Shown piece by piece: positions 63,521-64,000 of a stretch of DNA of 64,000 nucleotides. Each line of letters starts with the position of its first letter. Within the stretch, counting starts at the first letter, position 1. Under the pieces are notes generated by a model, which saw only the letters and a list, made by a program, of their open reading frames with translations, was not told the origin of the DNA and made no database searches. Position numbers and translations under genes: made by a program. The stretch is from the IMG/VR virus record IMGVR_UViG_3300005056_000001, positions 248,001 to 312,000 of that record; one strand, given 5' to 3'.

Positions 63521-63829
63521 CTATTTTATGTACTTGCCCTCTACGCCACGACGTTTTCTGTCTTTCGTGCGCCTGTTTTGAGTTTTCAGTGCCACGTTTA
63601 TAAGGTCTATAGTCTTTTCGTTTTCTTTACAAGGAAGCGCATCATTAAGGCTAGTGTAGAGGTTTCTTACAAATTCTAGCATGTCGGTTGCCTGACATCC
63701 ATTAATACCAACATCGCCAATTGGAGCATCCTGTACCTCAAACGTTACGCTATGATCTTCCTGTGATAGTTGAACATATACTCTTACGTCATGCTCCAAT
63801 TTATTTCGTGCCTCTGTTACGTGTTTCAT
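63521..63829 (-). CDS. tad1: Tad1-like anti-Thoeris / cyclic-nucleotide sponge protein
   Basis: Q..P..GINGCQATDMLEFVR...CKEN...AL..QNRRTKDRKRRGVEG matches the Tad1 pattern (FQ.G...G..D.LEIVRD...REN...EEAL.W.NRR..DR..R.V.G). Confidence 0.75.
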   Translation of the reverse strand: MKHVTEARNKLEHDVRVYVQLSQEDHSVTFEVQDAPIGDVGINGCQATDMLEFVRNLYTSLNDALPCKENEKTIDLINVALKTQNRRTKDRKRRGVEGKYIK

Positions 63830-63878
63830 ATTTTTGTTTTTATTAATTACTGATTGTTATGGTTGTCGTGCTTGGTTT

Positions 63879-64000
63879 CTATCGCTTACTTTTCGTGTTC
63901 CTCTGAATGTGTCTGAATTTTACGATAATATTCAAATCTAATTTGATGGGTATTTCGCCAATAAAAGGTCTGTAGTAATACTCACCCGTCAGATGATTGG
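63879..64000 (-). CDS. partial hypothetical protein (3' end)
   Basis: Open frame from the window edge: ...NHLTGEYYYRPFIGEIPIKLDLNIIVKFRHIQRNTKSKR*. Confidence 0.4.
   Translation of the reverse strand, partial: NHLTGEYYYRPFIGEIPIKLDLNIIVKFRHIQRNTKSKR

Noticed and set aside
1-64000. Stop-codon reassignment as in Lak or crAss-like phages
   Set aside because: Core genes are full length in code 11, and TAG, TGA and TAA all end genes next to terminators or downstream starts.

Overview
64 kb of an AT-rich (~35% GC by eye), standard-code, T4-like (Tevenvirinae-style head/tail modules) jumbo myophage, most probably infecting a Bacteroidota host (TAnnTTTG -7 boxes, no Shine-Dalgarno but A-rich leaders, Bacteroidota-type DUF1599, HigA-like and LRR genes). 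Core genes recognisable by motif: neck gp13/gp14, baseplate hub gp26/gp51, tube-like gp54, late sigma gp55, sliding clamp gp45, the C-terminal half of a split family-B DNA polymerase, DNA end protector gp2, portal gp20, protease-scaffold fusion gp21, major capsid gp23, tube gp19, sheath gp18, large terminase gp17 and an Rnl1-type RNA ligase. They lie on both strands, separated by clusters of small accessory genes. Three regulatory signatures can be read directly: a GTACATA box before nearly every virion gene (candidate late promoter), a GTTAA-N6-GTTAA direct repeat ~36-38 nt upstream of host-type -7 boxes, and a CGTTAT box before replication genes. The most interesting accessory content looks like a counter-defence and host-mimicry kit: three catalytically dead or fragmentary ABC-ATPase (AAA_15/AAA_21-type) look-alikes, one translationally coupled to an LRR gene; two LRR proteins; a Tad1-like sponge; an orphan HigA-like antitoxin; and a small basic ORF with an internal pre-stop hairpin that resembles non-stop-regulated ribosome-rescue factors (ArfA/BrfA logic). 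CCAG/CTGG and CCGG appear almost absent. No tRNA, rRNA, CRISPR array or mobile element was seen. All family assignments are from motif recognition by eye, not from database searches.
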